A stretch of DNA of 64,000 nucleotides from Fimbriimonadaceae bacterium (GCA_963666135.2 CAXXNR010000001.1:1513853-1577852); one strand, 5' to 3'; shown: positions 37,491 through 47,668, numbered from the stretch's first letter. Notes: a model not told the origin generated them from the letters alone. Numbers and translations are program-made.

Positions 37491-37807
37491 CCTCTAACTC
37501 CTATGCCCATAGACGCGGGCTACATACTACATTAGGGTATCGGGTGCAGTTTGGTTGGCGATGCGCCGAACAATGTGACTTTTGGCTGCGTTTGGCAAAG
37601 GCGATATGTATATTGGCGGCTGGGAAGGTACCGGTTGGCTTTGTAGCTCGCGGGTACGGTCGCGATCCAACTCGGACTCCGATGCCTGCCGGCGAGACGC
37701 CGGCGGTCCCAGCTACGTTCTTTACAACTCAAATCGTTATGTTGGATCAGGGTCGATCAGGAGGTTTTTCGTGCGCAAACCGATAATGAAGAACGGAGCG
37801 TAAAAGC

Positions 37808-38167
37808 ATGCGCAAGTTCGCCGTAATAATGGTTTTTGCCGTCGTCTTGATGGTTGCTAATCCGCTTTCTATAGCGAAGAACCTTCAGCTCGGCGGCTAT
37901 GCGAAGAGTCCGCAAGAGGCGACGATTCGGCTTGGGCAGACTGTAACCGTGGCTGGCGGCAGAGCGCACATCTGGTATGCAGGCGGAGACACTGGAGGCG
38001 ATTTCGAGATCAAGTGCAAGGACGAATCGCGCTATATCCAGCCGGAGAAGGGCGAAGTCTACGAGGGATGCAAGGTCAGGGTTTCGTTGATAGACATTAA
38101 AGAGCCGAAAGGCAGAGGCGTTCCGAAGGCCAAGTTCCGCATCGAATGGGATCAAAAGGCGCAGTGA
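37808..38167 (+). CDS. small secreted hypothetical protein
   Basis: Signal peptide MRKFAVIMVFAVVLMVANPLSIA. 119 aa with no recognisable domain. Confidence 0.45.
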   Translation: MRKFAVIMVFAVVLMVANPLSIAKNLQLGGYAKSPQEATIRLGQTVTVAGGRAHIWYAGGDTGGDFEIKCKDESRYIQPEKGEVYEGCKVRVSLIDIKEPKGRGVPKAKFRIEWDQKAQ

Positions 38168-38272
38168 ACCCGGCCTGCACAAGACGGATTCATCCGGCTA
38201 TAATTTACATAACGAGGTCGCTATGGTCTCGTTAAATCAACGAGGCATTATGCCCTCGATCAAGGATCGGCG

Positions 38273-38518
38273 ATGAGCAAAGAAGCACCCGCTGAACAAA
38301 AAACAGAATCGGACCAACAACCGAGCATCGAAGTTAAAGAGGAATGGTGCAAGTCGTGCGGAATATGTGTGGCTGTCTGCCCGCGGCACGTGCTTGAGAT
38401 GCGAGACGGACTCCCCGTTGTCGTCAAGATTGAATCTTGCACCGCTTGCGAACTCTGCGAAACCCACTGCCCCGATTTCGCTATATGCGTCACATGCGGC
38501 CGGCGAAAATTGGAGTAG
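38273..38518 (+). CDS. korD: 2-oxoacid:ferredoxin oxidoreductase delta subunit (2x[4Fe-4S] ferredoxin)
   Basis: CKSCGICVAVCP and CTACELCETHCP motifs. It is the first gene of a four-gene OFOR operon. Confidence 0.8.
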   Translation: MSKEAPAEQKTESDQQPSIEVKEEWCKSCGICVAVCPRHVLEMRDGLPVVVKIESCTACELCETHCPDFAICVTCGRRKLE

Positions 38519-38527
38519 AGACCGCAG

Positions 38528-39694
38528 ATGATCACCCACACCCTTATGACACCATCTAAAAACACCGAGGCTGTGCGCCTCCTCACAGGCAACGAAGCCT
38601 GCGCGCTTGCGGCGATCGCTTGCGGTATGCGGTTTTACGCCGGATATCCCATTACGCCTTCTTCCGAGATTGCCGAGTATTTGGCGAAACTCTTGCCAAA
38701 GCACGGCGGCGTCTTCATCGGAATGGAAGACGAAATTGCATCGATGGGCGCTATCATCGGCGCTTCGCTGACAGGTGCTAAGTCGATGACCGCCACGAGC
38801 GGCCCCGGCTTCTCGCTGATGCAAGAGAACATCGGCTTTGCGTCGATGGCCGAAGTGCCTTGCGTGGTCGTGAACGTGATGCGCGGCGGACCCAGCACCG
38901 GCTTGCCGACTCTGCCTGCCCAAGGCGACGTGATGCAGGCCCGATGGGGAACTCACGGCGACCATCCGATCATCGCTCTGACGCCTTATTCCGTTCGCGA
39001 GACCTACGATTTAACCATACGGGCATTCAACCTCTCCGAGAAATACCGCGTGCCGGTCATCTTGCTGCTTGACGAAACGATCGGCCACGTGAACGAGAAG
39101 GTTGAGATCCCAGACATCAGCGCTTACGAGATCGTCGATCGAACCCAGCCGACGTGTCCGCCTGAGGAATACCTGCCTTTCGAGCACACCGAGAGCGGCG
39201 TTCCTCCGATGGCGAACTTTGGCACCGGCTATCGTTACCATGTGACCGGCCTCTCGCACGATGAGACCGGATTCCAGACCAACGACAACGCCGAGATTGA
39301 GAAGCTTCTGTTAAGGTTGCACCGCAAGATCGACATCGCGAGAGACGACATCGTTGAGGCAGACGCTTACCTGATGGACGACGCCGAGATTGGAATCGTC
39401 GCATACGGTTCTGCGGCCCGGGCTTCGCGCGAAGCGATCCGAACCGCTCGCGTGCAAGGTATCAAGGTCGGCATGCTTCGTCCGCGAACCCTTTGGCCGT
39501 TCATGGACAAAGAAATCCAAGCGTATGCGGAGCAGATTCGAACCTGGATCGTGCCGGAGATGAACCTTGGGCAGATTGCCCACGAAGTCGAATGCGCGCT
39601 GCGCGGCAAAGGCGTGGTTCACAGAGTCAACCGAGTGGATGGGTGCTTGATTGAGCCGCCCCAAATCCTTGCCAAGATCAAGGAGGTTTGCTGA
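38528..39694 (+). CDS. korA: 2-oxoglutarate/2-oxoacid:ferredoxin oxidoreductase alpha subunit
   Basis: GNEA.A.AAI.CG.RF.AGYPITPSSEI...GG.F..MEDEIAS...IGAS..G.K.MTATSGPGFSLM is the OFOR alpha signature. Confidence 0.88.
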   Translation: MITHTLMTPSKNTEAVRLLTGNEACALAAIACGMRFYAGYPITPSSEIAEYLAKLLPKHGGVFIGMEDEIASMGAIIGASLTGAKSMTATSGPGFSLMQENIGFASMAEVPCVVVNVMRGGPSTGLPTLPAQGDVMQARWGTHGDHPIIALTPYSVRETYDLTIRAFNLSEKYRVPVILLLDETIGHVNEKVEIPDISAYEIVDRTQPTCPPEEYLPFEHTESGVPPMANFGTGYRYHVTGLSHDETGFQTNDNAEIEKLLLRLHRKIDIARDDIVEADAYLMDDAEIGIVAYGSAARASREAIRTARVQGIKVGMLRPRTLWPFMDKEIQAYAEQIRTWIVPEMNLGQIAHEVECALRGKGVVHRVNRVDGCLIEPPQILAKIKEVC

Positions 39695-40521
39695 TGGATT
39701 ACGAATACTATCTGCGCGACAAGCACTTTCCGCTGATCTGGTGCTCCGGTTGCGGCGCCGGCATCGTCCTCAAGGCTATGCTCCGAGCCATCGACAAGAT
39801 GGGCTACGACAAGGACGAGGTTTGCATCGTCTCGGGCATCGGCTGCTCCAGCCGCATCCCCGGCTACACCGACTTCAACACGCTGCACACCACGCATGGA
39901 CGGGCATTGACCTTTGCGACCGGCGTCAAGATGGCAAAGCCGAACATGAAGGTCATCGTGGTCACCGGCGACGGCGACTGCACGGCGATCGGCGGCAACC
40001 ACTTTATCCACGCCGCGCGGCGAAACATCGACCTGACCGTCGTGCTGATCAACAACTACATTTACGGCATGACGGGCGGCCAGGCATCTCCGACAACGCC
40101 AGCAGGAAAGAAGGCGACGACTGCGCCCTATGGCTCCGCTGAGAATGTGTTCAATGTCAGCGGACTGGCGCAGGCGGCTGGCGCGACTTTCGTGGCACGA
40201 ACTTCGACCTATCACACGGTTCAGTGCGAGAAGATGATCGAGAAGGGAATGCAGAACAAAGGTTTCTCGCTCGTCGAGATCATCGCGGCGTGCCCGACAT
40301 CGTTCGGCCGGCCGAACAAGCAAGGCGATCCGGTTGAGATGCTGATGTGGCAGAAAGACCATGCGGTGCCTTTGGCGCGCGCCGCCAACATGACCGAGGA
40401 AGATTTGGACGGCAAGTTCACGACCGGCATCATCGTCGACAAGACGGCGCCTGAGTGCCGAAGCGAGTATCAAAAGCTCATCGACCAACTGTATCATCCC
40501 GAAGAGGTGTCTGTGAAATGA
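39688..40521 (+). CDS. korB: 2-oxoacid:ferredoxin oxidoreductase beta subunit (TPP-binding)
   Basis: WCSGCG, SGIGCSSR, TGDGD...IGGNH and NN.IYGMTGGQ are TPP and Fe-S motifs. It overlaps korA by 7 nt. Confidence 0.88.
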   Translation: MLMDYEYYLRDKHFPLIWCSGCGAGIVLKAMLRAIDKMGYDKDEVCIVSGIGCSSRIPGYTDFNTLHTTHGRALTFATGVKMAKPNMKVIVVTGDGDCTAIGGNHFIHAARRNIDLTVVLINNYIYGMTGGQASPTTPAGKKATTAPYGSAENVFNVSGLAQAAGATFVARTSTYHTVQCEKMIEKGMQNKGFSLVEIIAACPTSFGRPNKQGDPVEMLMWQKDHAVPLARAANMTEEDLDGKFTTGIIVDKTAPECRSEYQKLIDQLYHPEEVSVK

Positions 40522-41057
40522 GGTGCGAAGTTCGACTCAGCGGCGAGGGCGGACAAGGGCTCGTTCTGGCGGGCAAGATTTTGGCGACGGCGGCGGCAAT
40601 CCATGCCGGACTGAACGCCACCCAAAGCCAATCCTATGGACCGGAAGCGCGCGGCGGCGCGTCCCGTTCCGAGGTCATCATCTCGGACGGCGACATCGAC
40701 TTTCCGAAGGCGATCAACGTCGATGTGTTTCTGGCTTTGACGCAGAAATCGTTCGATTCCTATCGGCACGACGTGAAGCCGACAGCGTTTACCATTATTG
40801 ATTCTGAAGCCGTATCTGCTTCTTCAAATGTGCCTTTCAAGGTCGTTTCGGCTCCAATCGTATCGATTGCGGTTAACGAACTGGGTCGTGCTTTGTTTAC
40901 GAACATCGTTGCGCTTGGGCTGGTCGTCGGCGTTTCGAACATCGTTCCGGTCGATGCAGTTCGTGCAGCGATCAAGCAGATCGTTCCAAAAGGCACCGAC
41001 GAAAAGAACCTGAAGGCGTTTGAGCTGGGACTAGAAGAGGCTCAGAAGCAGGCGTAA
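40518..41057 (+). CDS. korC: 2-oxoacid:ferredoxin oxidoreductase gamma subunit
   Basis: ATG 40518 overlaps the korB stop (ATGA). RLSGEGGQGLVLAGKILA....G.....QSYGPEARGG.S is the gamma-subunit signature. Confidence 0.85.
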   Translation: MRCEVRLSGEGGQGLVLAGKILATAAAIHAGLNATQSQSYGPEARGGASRSEVIISDGDIDFPKAINVDVFLALTQKSFDSYRHDVKPTAFTIIDSEAVSASSNVPFKVVSAPIVSIAVNELGRALFTNIVALGLVVGVSNIVPVDAVRAAIKQIVPKGTDEKNLKAFELGLEEAQKQA

Positions 41058-41430
41058 GAGGGTATAGGGTTTAGGGTCTAGGGTTCAGGTGGTACCGCCG
41101 ACGTCTTCGTCGGCAACCTGTCTCGATCACTGCTTCTGCATCCCTCAGGATTCGTAATCATGAGGGTATTGAACGCATTAAGCCTCGGGAAAGCGTTTCC
41201 CGAGGCATGAAATTCTGACCCTTAACTTTGCCGCCTGGCAGGCGGCGATACCGGGTTGGGTCGCAATGACCCAGCCACAAGCCGCCGGCGCACCCAGCTA
41301 GGTTCTGAACAATTAGTCGGAACAGTCGGACTTGTCAGACCTGTCAAAAATGCCCTAAACCCAATACGTTATTGGCATCCCTCGGGATTCGAAATCCCGA
41401 GGGATGAACTGAACCCTATACCCTATTACC

Positions 41431-42705
41431 CTAGCCCCTTTTTCTAGCCTCTTCCGCGATCGCCTGCGCATAGCGTTCGCCGGCATTTACGTGCTGGCTG
41501 ACATACTCCCTCGCGCTGTCACCCATACCTTTGCGCTTATCGGCGTCGTTCAGCAGATCGTCGATCGTTTGCGCGAGTTCATCTGGAGTCGAGCAGATGA
41601 CAGAGCATCCGGCTTCGACCGACGCCTTGGCGAACTCGGCGAAGTTGCGCATATTCGGACCATGGATAACCGGCTTGCCGTGGGCCAGCGGCTGCATAAT
41701 ATCCTGCCCGCCGAGGTTGGCGAACCCGCCGCCGACGATGGCGATATCAGCGACGCAATAGACCTTCATCAGCTCGCCGTAGGTGTCGAGGAGCATATAG
41801 AACGGACCGTCAGCGGCGTTCGGTTTGCCTTCGGAACGCAGATAGACCGAGCCGAAGCGCTTCTTGATCTCTTCTTTAAGATCGGAGACACGTTCCAAAT
41901 GCCGAGGAGCATGAACGATCGAAACCTTATCCAAACCGACTTTCTGAAGGGCATCCAGAACGAAATGCTCCTCTTCCTCGCCGCGAGTAGAACCGATTAC
42001 CACAACCGGGCGGCCAACAGGTAACCCAAGGTCTTTGCGCCACTTGGCCGGATCTGCCTCGAGTCCTTTAAGAGCCTGGTCGAACTTCGTGCTGCCCATT
42101 CGCTCCGCCGACTTCGCACCAAGCGCCAGAATCCGCTCGACGTCTTTATCAGTTTGCATCAGGCACCGGTCGACCTTCGCAAGCAGAGCTTTGAAAAAGA
42201 ACCGCAGCTTCTTCTCGCGGTTGAAGCTGCGCTCGCTGATGCGGCCGTTGACGATGAGCGTGCGCGCGCCGACCACCTTGGCAGCCCAAAGGAAGTTGAA
42301 CCAAAGCTCGGTTTCCATCAGGACAACTACCGAAGGCCGAACTGAAGCCATCGCCTTGAGCTGGAACGCCGCCATGTCGATCGGCATGTAAACCAGCTTG
42401 TCGTAGAGCCCTTCCGCTTGTTCGCGCGCGGTTTGGTGTCCGCTGCTGGTGGTCACGCTGAGCACGATCTCATGCTTCGGCAACTTCTTTCTAAGCTCCC
42501 GCAGAATCGGCAGACAAGCGATGGTCTCGCCTACTGAGACGGCATGGACCCATATCCGCTTGCCGTCTTTTCGAGGTTGGATGTCGTAGATGCCGCGCCG
42601 CTCCAGCCAGTTCGGCGCTTCTTTCCTCTTGTTCGCCCGCCAAAGCATCCACGGCAGCCAAAGCGGAGCCGTGAATGAAAGTAGCAGGTTATAGAGGATG
42701 TACAC
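41431..42705 (-). CDS. waaA: 3-deoxy-D-manno-octulosonic acid (Kdo) transferase
   Basis: IWVHAVSVGE is the KdtA N-terminal motif, followed by a C-terminal GT-B domain (GGSF-like region, GGQDIMQPLAHGKPVIHGP). The start is GTG. Confidence 0.85.
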   Translation of the reverse strand: MYILYNLLLSFTAPLWLPWMLWRANKRKEAPNWLERRGIYDIQPRKDGKRIWVHAVSVGETIACLPILRELRKKLPKHEIVLSVTTSSGHQTAREQAEGLYDKLVYMPIDMAAFQLKAMASVRPSVVVLMETELWFNFLWAAKVVGARTLIVNGRISERSFNREKKLRFFFKALLAKVDRCLMQTDKDVERILALGAKSAERMGSTKFDQALKGLEADPAKWRKDLGLPVGRPVVVIGSTRGEEEEHFVLDALQKVGLDKVSIVHAPRHLERVSDLKEEIKKRFGSVYLRSEGKPNAADGPFYMLLDTYGELMKVYCVADIAIVGGGFANLGGQDIMQPLAHGKPVIHGPNMRNFAEFAKASVEAGCSVICSTPDELAQTIDDLLNDADKRKGMGDSAREYVSQHVNAGERYAQAIAEEARKRG

Positions 42706-42708
42706 CGG

Positions 42709-43602
42709 CTAGGCCTTCAGCTCGCGGCCGGTGAGAAGGCGAAATGCCTCAAGGTATTTCTCGCGTGTTCTTGTCACGACGTCCTCTGGCAGGCGAGGAC
42801 CAGGAGGCCGCTTGTCCCAAGCCAGGGTCTCTAGGTAGTCGCGAACGAACTGCTTGTCGTAGCTAGGCTGCGCTCCACCCGGCTTATAGAGGCTGGCATC
42901 CCAGAAGCGCGAGCTGTCCGGAGTCAGCGCCTCGTCGATCCAGATCAGCCCGTCGTCGGTCAGACCGAACTCGAACTTCGTGTCGGCCAGGATGATGCCC
43001 TTGGTCGCGGCATATTCGGCGGCTTTCGTGTAGATGGCCAGCGTCCAATCTCGCGCCTTCTCGGCGATTTCTTTGCCCACGACGTCGCAAGCCTGCGCAA
43101 AGCTGCAGTTCTCATCATGGCCGGTCGTGGCCTTGGTTGATGGCGTGAAGAGAGGTTCGGGAAGCTTGTCGCTATCTACCAATCCGTCCGGCAGGTTCAA
43201 GCCATGGATTTTGCCGCCCGACTTCTTGTATTCCTTGAAGAGCGAACCGGAGATGTAGCCGCGGGCGATGCACTCGATCTCCAGGGGCTTGGCTTTTTTG
43301 GCGACGATGCTTCGGCCTCTGAGCTCTGGATGCGTTCCAGGAATCCTAGAGGCAATCTCGTCATCGTCGCTGGAGATGATGTGGTTCGGCGCAATAGTCG
43401 AAAGCGTCTCGAACCAGAAATTGCTCATCTGCGTCAGGATCGCGCCTTTGTCGGGCACGCCGTTCGCCATGATGACATCGAACGCGGAGAGGCGGTCAGT
43501 GGCCACGATGAGTAGCTCGTTGCCCAGGTCGTAAACTTCGCGGACTTTGCCCTTGCGCGGTTCGGGAAGGCCAGGAATCGAAGAGGTAAGCAGCTCAGCC
43601 AT
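42709..43602 (-). CDS. purC: phosphoribosylaminoimidazole-succinocarboxamide (SAICAR) synthase
   Basis: GKVREVYD..N.LLIVATDRLSAFD, ILADTKFEFG and DE..TPDSSRFW are SAICAR synthase motifs. I prefer ATG 43602 (MAELLT). Confidence 0.9.
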   Translation of the reverse strand: MAELLTSSIPGLPEPRKGKVREVYDLGNELLIVATDRLSAFDVIMANGVPDKGAILTQMSNFWFETLSTIAPNHIISSDDDEIASRIPGTHPELRGRSIVAKKAKPLEIECIARGYISGSLFKEYKKSGGKIHGLNLPDGLVDSDKLPEPLFTPSTKATTGHDENCSFAQACDVVGKEIAEKARDWTLAIYTKAAEYAATKGIILADTKFEFGLTDDGLIWIDEALTPDSSRFWDASLYKPGGAQPSYDKQFVRDYLETLAWDKRPPGPRLPEDVVTRTREKYLEAFRLLTGRELKA

Positions 43603-43620
43603 GCCCTGATTATGGCGCAC

Positions 43621-44484
43621 TCAAGGCTCTATCAACTGCCTCTCGGTAAGGAAGTCTCGGACTGCTTTGTGGAACTCGTCGGGTCGAATCCATCTGCCTT
43701 CGGAGTGCCCGCAGCCTTCCAACCACACGAGCTTCGAGCCGGGGGTCTTCGCATGGTTTCTCTCGGCTTCGCTCGGCAGCGCTAACGTGTCGGTAGTGCC
43801 GTGGATGAAGAGGAGTTTTTCAGATGGGATGGATGGCAGCGCTTTGGCGACATCGACGCCCAGCGGACTGAAACCAGCGAACGGACCGGCCAGATAGACG
43901 CACGGCCATAGGACGATCTCGAGCACTTTTCCGCCGAGGAACCGCCACCAACCGCCGACTGCCGAACTCAAACGGCTGTAGCAGCTGTCGAGAATGGCGG
44001 CTTCGGCTATCGTCGGATCTTGCGAGAGAGCGAATGCGCTGGCTGCCGAACCCATGCTGCTGCCGACCAGCAAAACACGCGGATTCTCGACCTTCGTCTT
44101 TACGAACTCAACCGAGGCAAGAACGTCGTCTTTCTCGCGCCATCCCATGCCGCACTTTGCTTTCGCGCTGCGGCCATGAGCCCGGAAGTCGATGAGAAGG
44201 CACGAGAAACCCCAGTTCCAGAGCGTGGCGGCCAAAGGCGTCAGCTCGCATCGATTCATCATGAACCCATGGCACAGAACGGCGACTTCGTTGGATCCTT
44301 CCTTACCGACCCACCATCCGCGCAGGATCAGACCGTCGGCGACTTCGAACTCGACTTCTTCTTGGGGAACACCCATCGCGCCTGGAGAGAGATAAATCGG
44401 CAGGCGGTAGGGATGGATGAACGCCCACGAGATGGCGATGAGGATGCCCAGATAAATGAGAAGCGCGATGGAAAGCCAGAGCAT
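43621..44484 (-). CDS. alpha/beta-fold hydrolase with N-terminal membrane anchor
   Basis: N-terminal TM helix, an HG oxyanion region (LCHGFMMN), a nucleophile elbow (GSSMGSA) and a C-terminal GCGHSE His. Confidence 0.75.
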   Translation of the reverse strand: MLWLSIALLIYLGILIAISWAFIHPYRLPIYLSPGAMGVPQEEVEFEVADGLILRGWWVGKEGSNEVAVLCHGFMMNRCELTPLAATLWNWGFSCLLIDFRAHGRSAKAKCGMGWREKDDVLASVEFVKTKVENPRVLLVGSSMGSAASAFALSQDPTIAEAAILDSCYSRLSSAVGGWWRFLGGKVLEIVLWPCVYLAGPFAGFSPLGVDVAKALPSIPSEKLLFIHGTTDTLALPSEAERNHAKTPGSKLVWLEGCGHSEGRWIRPDEFHKAVRDFLTERQLIEP

Positions 44485-44665
44485 GGTTATAGGTTGTTAC
44501 GTCGGAGAGAAGCGGTGTGGTTTGATTGTATCATTTCGCCGGTGATCGCAGGCCCAAGCCGCCTGCGCCTACGACATGTGGCTACGACGCCTTCTCAATG
44601 GTCGAGCTAATTTCAAAACTTGTTTTCTTTCAATAAAGCTACGGGGCACAATTAGGTCTTGGTTG

Positions 44666-44753
44666 CGTCGGGCTTTCAGCCCTCAGGTTCAAACCGGCCT
44701 CTTTTCCTAGCCATTGCGGGCTAGGCTATATTGCGCCGCGCCTTTGGCGCAGG
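44666..44753. repeat. second, inverted copy of the 7.7-kb composite palindromic element
   Basis: CGTCGGGCTTTCAGCCCTCAGGTTC, TTCCTAGCCATTGCGGGCTAGGCT and TTGCGCCGCGCCTTTGGCGCAGG match the reverse complements of sub-hairpins at 7699-7790. Confidence 0.55.
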
Positions 44754-44945
44754 GGATTCGAGAGAGTTCTGATATTTCCTCGGTCAATAGTCGAGTCAGT
44801 TTCGAAACTCCAAGTTTTGGTGCTGCGGATCGTAAGATCCGTGTTCTTGCAGGTTCAACATTGGTCTAACGACCAGTGGCACCCCTGGCCAGAATCGAGT
44901 TCTGAAATTGGCTCGGTCAATCGTTAACGGTAAATGGTCATGCTC

Positions 44946-45103
44946 GCGCTCCAACCTGGCTCCGATCTCGCATCATGGTCATTTGTCATTCGTAATTCGT
45001 CATTCCTTACCTCTTACGTCCTACATCCAAAATTCTCGCCCTCCAACCTGGCTCCGATCTCGCACCATGGTCATTTGTCATTCGTAATTTGTCATTCCTT
45101 ACC
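44946..45103. repeat. two direct copies of a roughly 66-bp unit (period 92 bp)
   Basis: CGC(G/C)CTCCAACCTGGCTCCGATCTCGCA(T/C)CATGGTCATTTGTCATTCGTAATT(C/T)GTCATTCCTTACC occurs at 44946-45011 and 45038-45103. Related GTCATTCGT / ACGTCATACGTC low-complexity tracts lie at about 14960-15000, 17575-17690 and 19436-19470. Confidence 0.75.
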
Positions 45104-45111
45104 CCGTTTCC

Positions 45112-46185
45112 CTACGGCACCCACTTCCTCTTGAAATACTCGTCCCACTTCTTCCCGGCAGGTTTCAGCGCGCCGTTCTCGTCTTGCAGGCCCGTGAACT
45201 CCCAAATGCTCGCGATCTCGTCGGCGGGGGACGGCAGCTTCTTGCACAGCTTTTCGAAGTCGGTTGTCGCAAAGTTGATCACGAACTTGTATTTGTCCTT
45301 CACGGCGCGGGAAAGCAGCGTGTCCACAAAATGGACTTGATCTTCCGTCGAACCGAACAAAGTCAGCTTGTAGCTTTTCAGCTCGACGTTCTTCGATGTC
45401 ATGCCGGACTCGCTGACCGTCACAGGCTTGCCGAACTTCGTCGCAAAGTCGAGGTAACTCGCAGGGAACGGGCGCTTAATCGCGTAACTCATGTGCGGAT
45501 AGATGCTCATCGCAAAGATGTCGGCATCGTTCTTGAGAAGGTCGGAAACCTCGCGGTCCTGCAGGATGGCGTCCGCGCCTTGCGAATACCCCTTATAGTG
45601 GTTGACCTCGCAGGTGAAGAACACCGGCAAGCTCGGATGCTTCGCCTTGACCGCAGCGCGCGTCAACTTGTAGAGCTTCTTGGCGGCTTGCCATTGCGAC
45701 GGCGTGTTCGTCATCAGCGCGTTCAGTTCCACGCCGATGGCCAAGTAGTCGGGTTTCATGGCCTCGACGGCGTCGAGAGAGTAGCGTTTCAGCGCTTGGA
45801 TTGTCTCGGAACTGTCGAAGTTCTTGTCCTTCCATTCGGACGGCAAGGGCATGTTGTCGGTCGTTCCTTTGTAGAGGCTGAGTCCGGCGCGATTGTCGTT
45901 AAGGAACGAGATCGACAGAAACAGCTTCGTTCCCTTCGTCCTCTTCTTGGCGAACAGGTCCTGCACCGACTTCGGATAAGGCTTGCCGGCATAGGCCTCT
46001 GGCCACGGAATGCCGCCCATCAGCATCTCGCTGACGATGTCGCCGTGCTTGGCCGCAAAGTCTTCGGAGAGCTTGATGCCTTCGATTGTAATGTCGGCGG
46101 GCCAGGGCGTGAAGCCCATGAGAAAGGGCCGAGTCTCGGAGGCTGTTTGGGTGAGGATTGCAATTGACAATGCCAGTGCGAGCAT
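45112..46185 (-). CDS. hypothetical secreted protein (possibly a TIM-barrel glycosidase-like fold)
   Basis: ATG 46185 gives a signal peptide (MLALALSIAILTQTASE). The roughly 357-aa product has alternating beta/alpha-like segments. No family was recognised. Confidence 0.5.
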   Translation of the reverse strand: MLALALSIAILTQTASETRPFLMGFTPWPADITIEGIKLSEDFAAKHGDIVSEMLMGGIPWPEAYAGKPYPKSVQDLFAKKRTKGTKLFLSISFLNDNRAGLSLYKGTTDNMPLPSEWKDKNFDSSETIQALKRYSLDAVEAMKPDYLAIGVELNALMTNTPSQWQAAKKLYKLTRAAVKAKHPSLPVFFTCEVNHYKGYSQGADAILQDREVSDLLKNDADIFAMSIYPHMSYAIKRPFPASYLDFATKFGKPVTVSESGMTSKNVELKSYKLTLFGSTEDQVHFVDTLLSRAVKDKYKFVINFATTDFEKLCKKLPSPADEIASIWEFTGLQDENGALKPAGKKWDEYFKRKWVP

Positions 46186-46255
46186 AGCTTCAGTATATGG
46201 TGAGGTTGGAGATTGAAATGAGGATATACTCAATGGACTCCTTAGTAAATATCAT

Positions 46256-47668
46256 ATGGAATACTTACGTCGCGCGTCTTTCTTTACCGTTCTGTCTGTA
46301 GCACTTGTCTTGGGTTGCCACCGAGATTCCCAGCCAATGGACCAGGATGGCAAGACCAAAGTGAACCTCCCTTCTCCGTGGGCAACATCATCGCCGAAGG
46401 AACAAGGCGGTTTGAGACTGGTCGCAATTCAGCCAACGATACCTGCCGAGTTCTCGCATCTGTTGAACTACGAGAACTGGCCGAAAAACCACAAGGACAA
46501 TCCAAATCAGTTCATTTGGCTTGAGTCGTTGACTAAGGAAAATAATGAACTCCTAAATGACTTTGTCCGCATTCGCTTCGGTCTGGTCGGCAAAGACGGA
46601 GAGTTTGCCACGATATTTCGCGATATTGTCGATTCAAACCAAAACTCCAACACGGTCTTCGCCCTTGAGGTTCCTCCAAACCCAAGTCCCAACTACCATG
46701 GAAGCGAACTCGTGGCCATGGATGGCGCGAAAGTTCTGGGCAGGTGGGTTATTGACGGAATGCCTACTCCTCAGAAGCAAATTGGAGACGAGGAAAAGGC
46801 GGTACTGTCTGGTGAAGCCAACGGGATGAGAGTCGCATGTGTGAGTAGCCAACCGTATCGTCTATACGGAAACAAAGCACCAAATATCTCATTCCGTCAT
46901 TACTTCCATACATTGGCGATAACCGACTCCAAGTCTGGAAAGCCCGTCGACCTGAGCAACTATAACATCTTGTCAAAGAACACTAGGTCAACCTGGGAAG
47001 CTAAACCTCAACAAGAGAGTCTTTGCCAGCAAGTAGCCGGCAAGGTCGGCCAGGTTCTTCTGAGTGACGGCAACCAGTTCCTGTCGGATACAAAGATGAT
47101 GGAGTATGAGATTACTCTTCAGAAGTTCGCGACTTACGATGAAGAGATTCGAATCAAGAACCTTAGCATAGAACGCTTGGTATGGGACTCAAACCATCCA
47201 AACACATTCAGCTTCATAACGAGCAACGCTACAGCACAAGATTTTGAAACTCCAAGCGGAGTGAAGCTTACTATCCCGGCTTACGATCGGGCAAATTGCT
47301 CAGGACAAAACTGGATCGGCATTGGTGTTCAGTTTCCGACCGGGTACAAAAACCTTATCATTAAGGCTTCACCACTGTATAAAAAGTACCGTAAACCAGT
47401 TAATATTATCTTGTTCCACCCCAGCTTTCCCCAGATCGGCCAATCGATATCTTCATCGTCAAGCGATGATTTCTTGACATTTGGCATGGTCATTCGTGAT
47501 CCTCTTCGCAAAGGAAAATGGATCGAACCGTCCTTTCCTGTCGTTGTCCGTCAAAAAGCGATTATTGAAGAAGGAAAGGTGAACCTTCGGCTTCCGGTAG
47601 AGCATGTCAAGGTCTCGGCAAAATCACCCGCTAAGAGCCTTGGCGGCGGCAAGGCAAAGGCACCCTAG
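46256..47668 (+). CDS. hypothetical lipoprotein
   Basis: FFTVLSVALVLGC is a lipobox. 470 aa with no recognisable domain. The 3' end overlaps the convergent gene by 45 nt. Confidence 0.5.
   Translation: MEYLRRASFFTVLSVALVLGCHRDSQPMDQDGKTKVNLPSPWATSSPKEQGGLRLVAIQPTIPAEFSHLLNYENWPKNHKDNPNQFIWLESLTKENNELLNDFVRIRFGLVGKDGEFATIFRDIVDSNQNSNTVFALEVPPNPSPNYHGSELVAMDGAKVLGRWVIDGMPTPQKQIGDEEKAVLSGEANGMRVACVSSQPYRLYGNKAPNISFRHYFHTLAITDSKSGKPVDLSNYNILSKNTRSTWEAKPQQESLCQQVAGKVGQVLLSDGNQFLSDTKMMEYEITLQKFATYDEEIRIKNLSIERLVWDSNHPNTFSFITSNATAQDFETPSGVKLTIPAYDRANCSGQNWIGIGVQFPTGYKNLIIKASPLYKKYRKPVNIILFHPSFPQIGQSISSSSSDDFLTFGMVIRDPLRKGKWIEPSFPVVVRQKAIIEEGKVNLRLPVEHVKVSAKSPAKSLGGGKAKAP

Noticed and set aside
44946-45103. 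Possible CRISPR array (direct repeats with a spacer).
   Set aside because: There are only two copies. The 66-bp repeat unit is too long and the spacer only about 26 bp. No cas genes are in the window, and related sequences are dispersed singly elsewhere.
47624-47668. 45-nt convergent overlap between the 470-aa lipoprotein gene and the prenyltransferase-like gene as a possible regulatory antisense feature.
   Set aside because: Both stops are fixed by sequence, but the overlap is short and common in compact genomes. I see no structure or motif there that suggests function.
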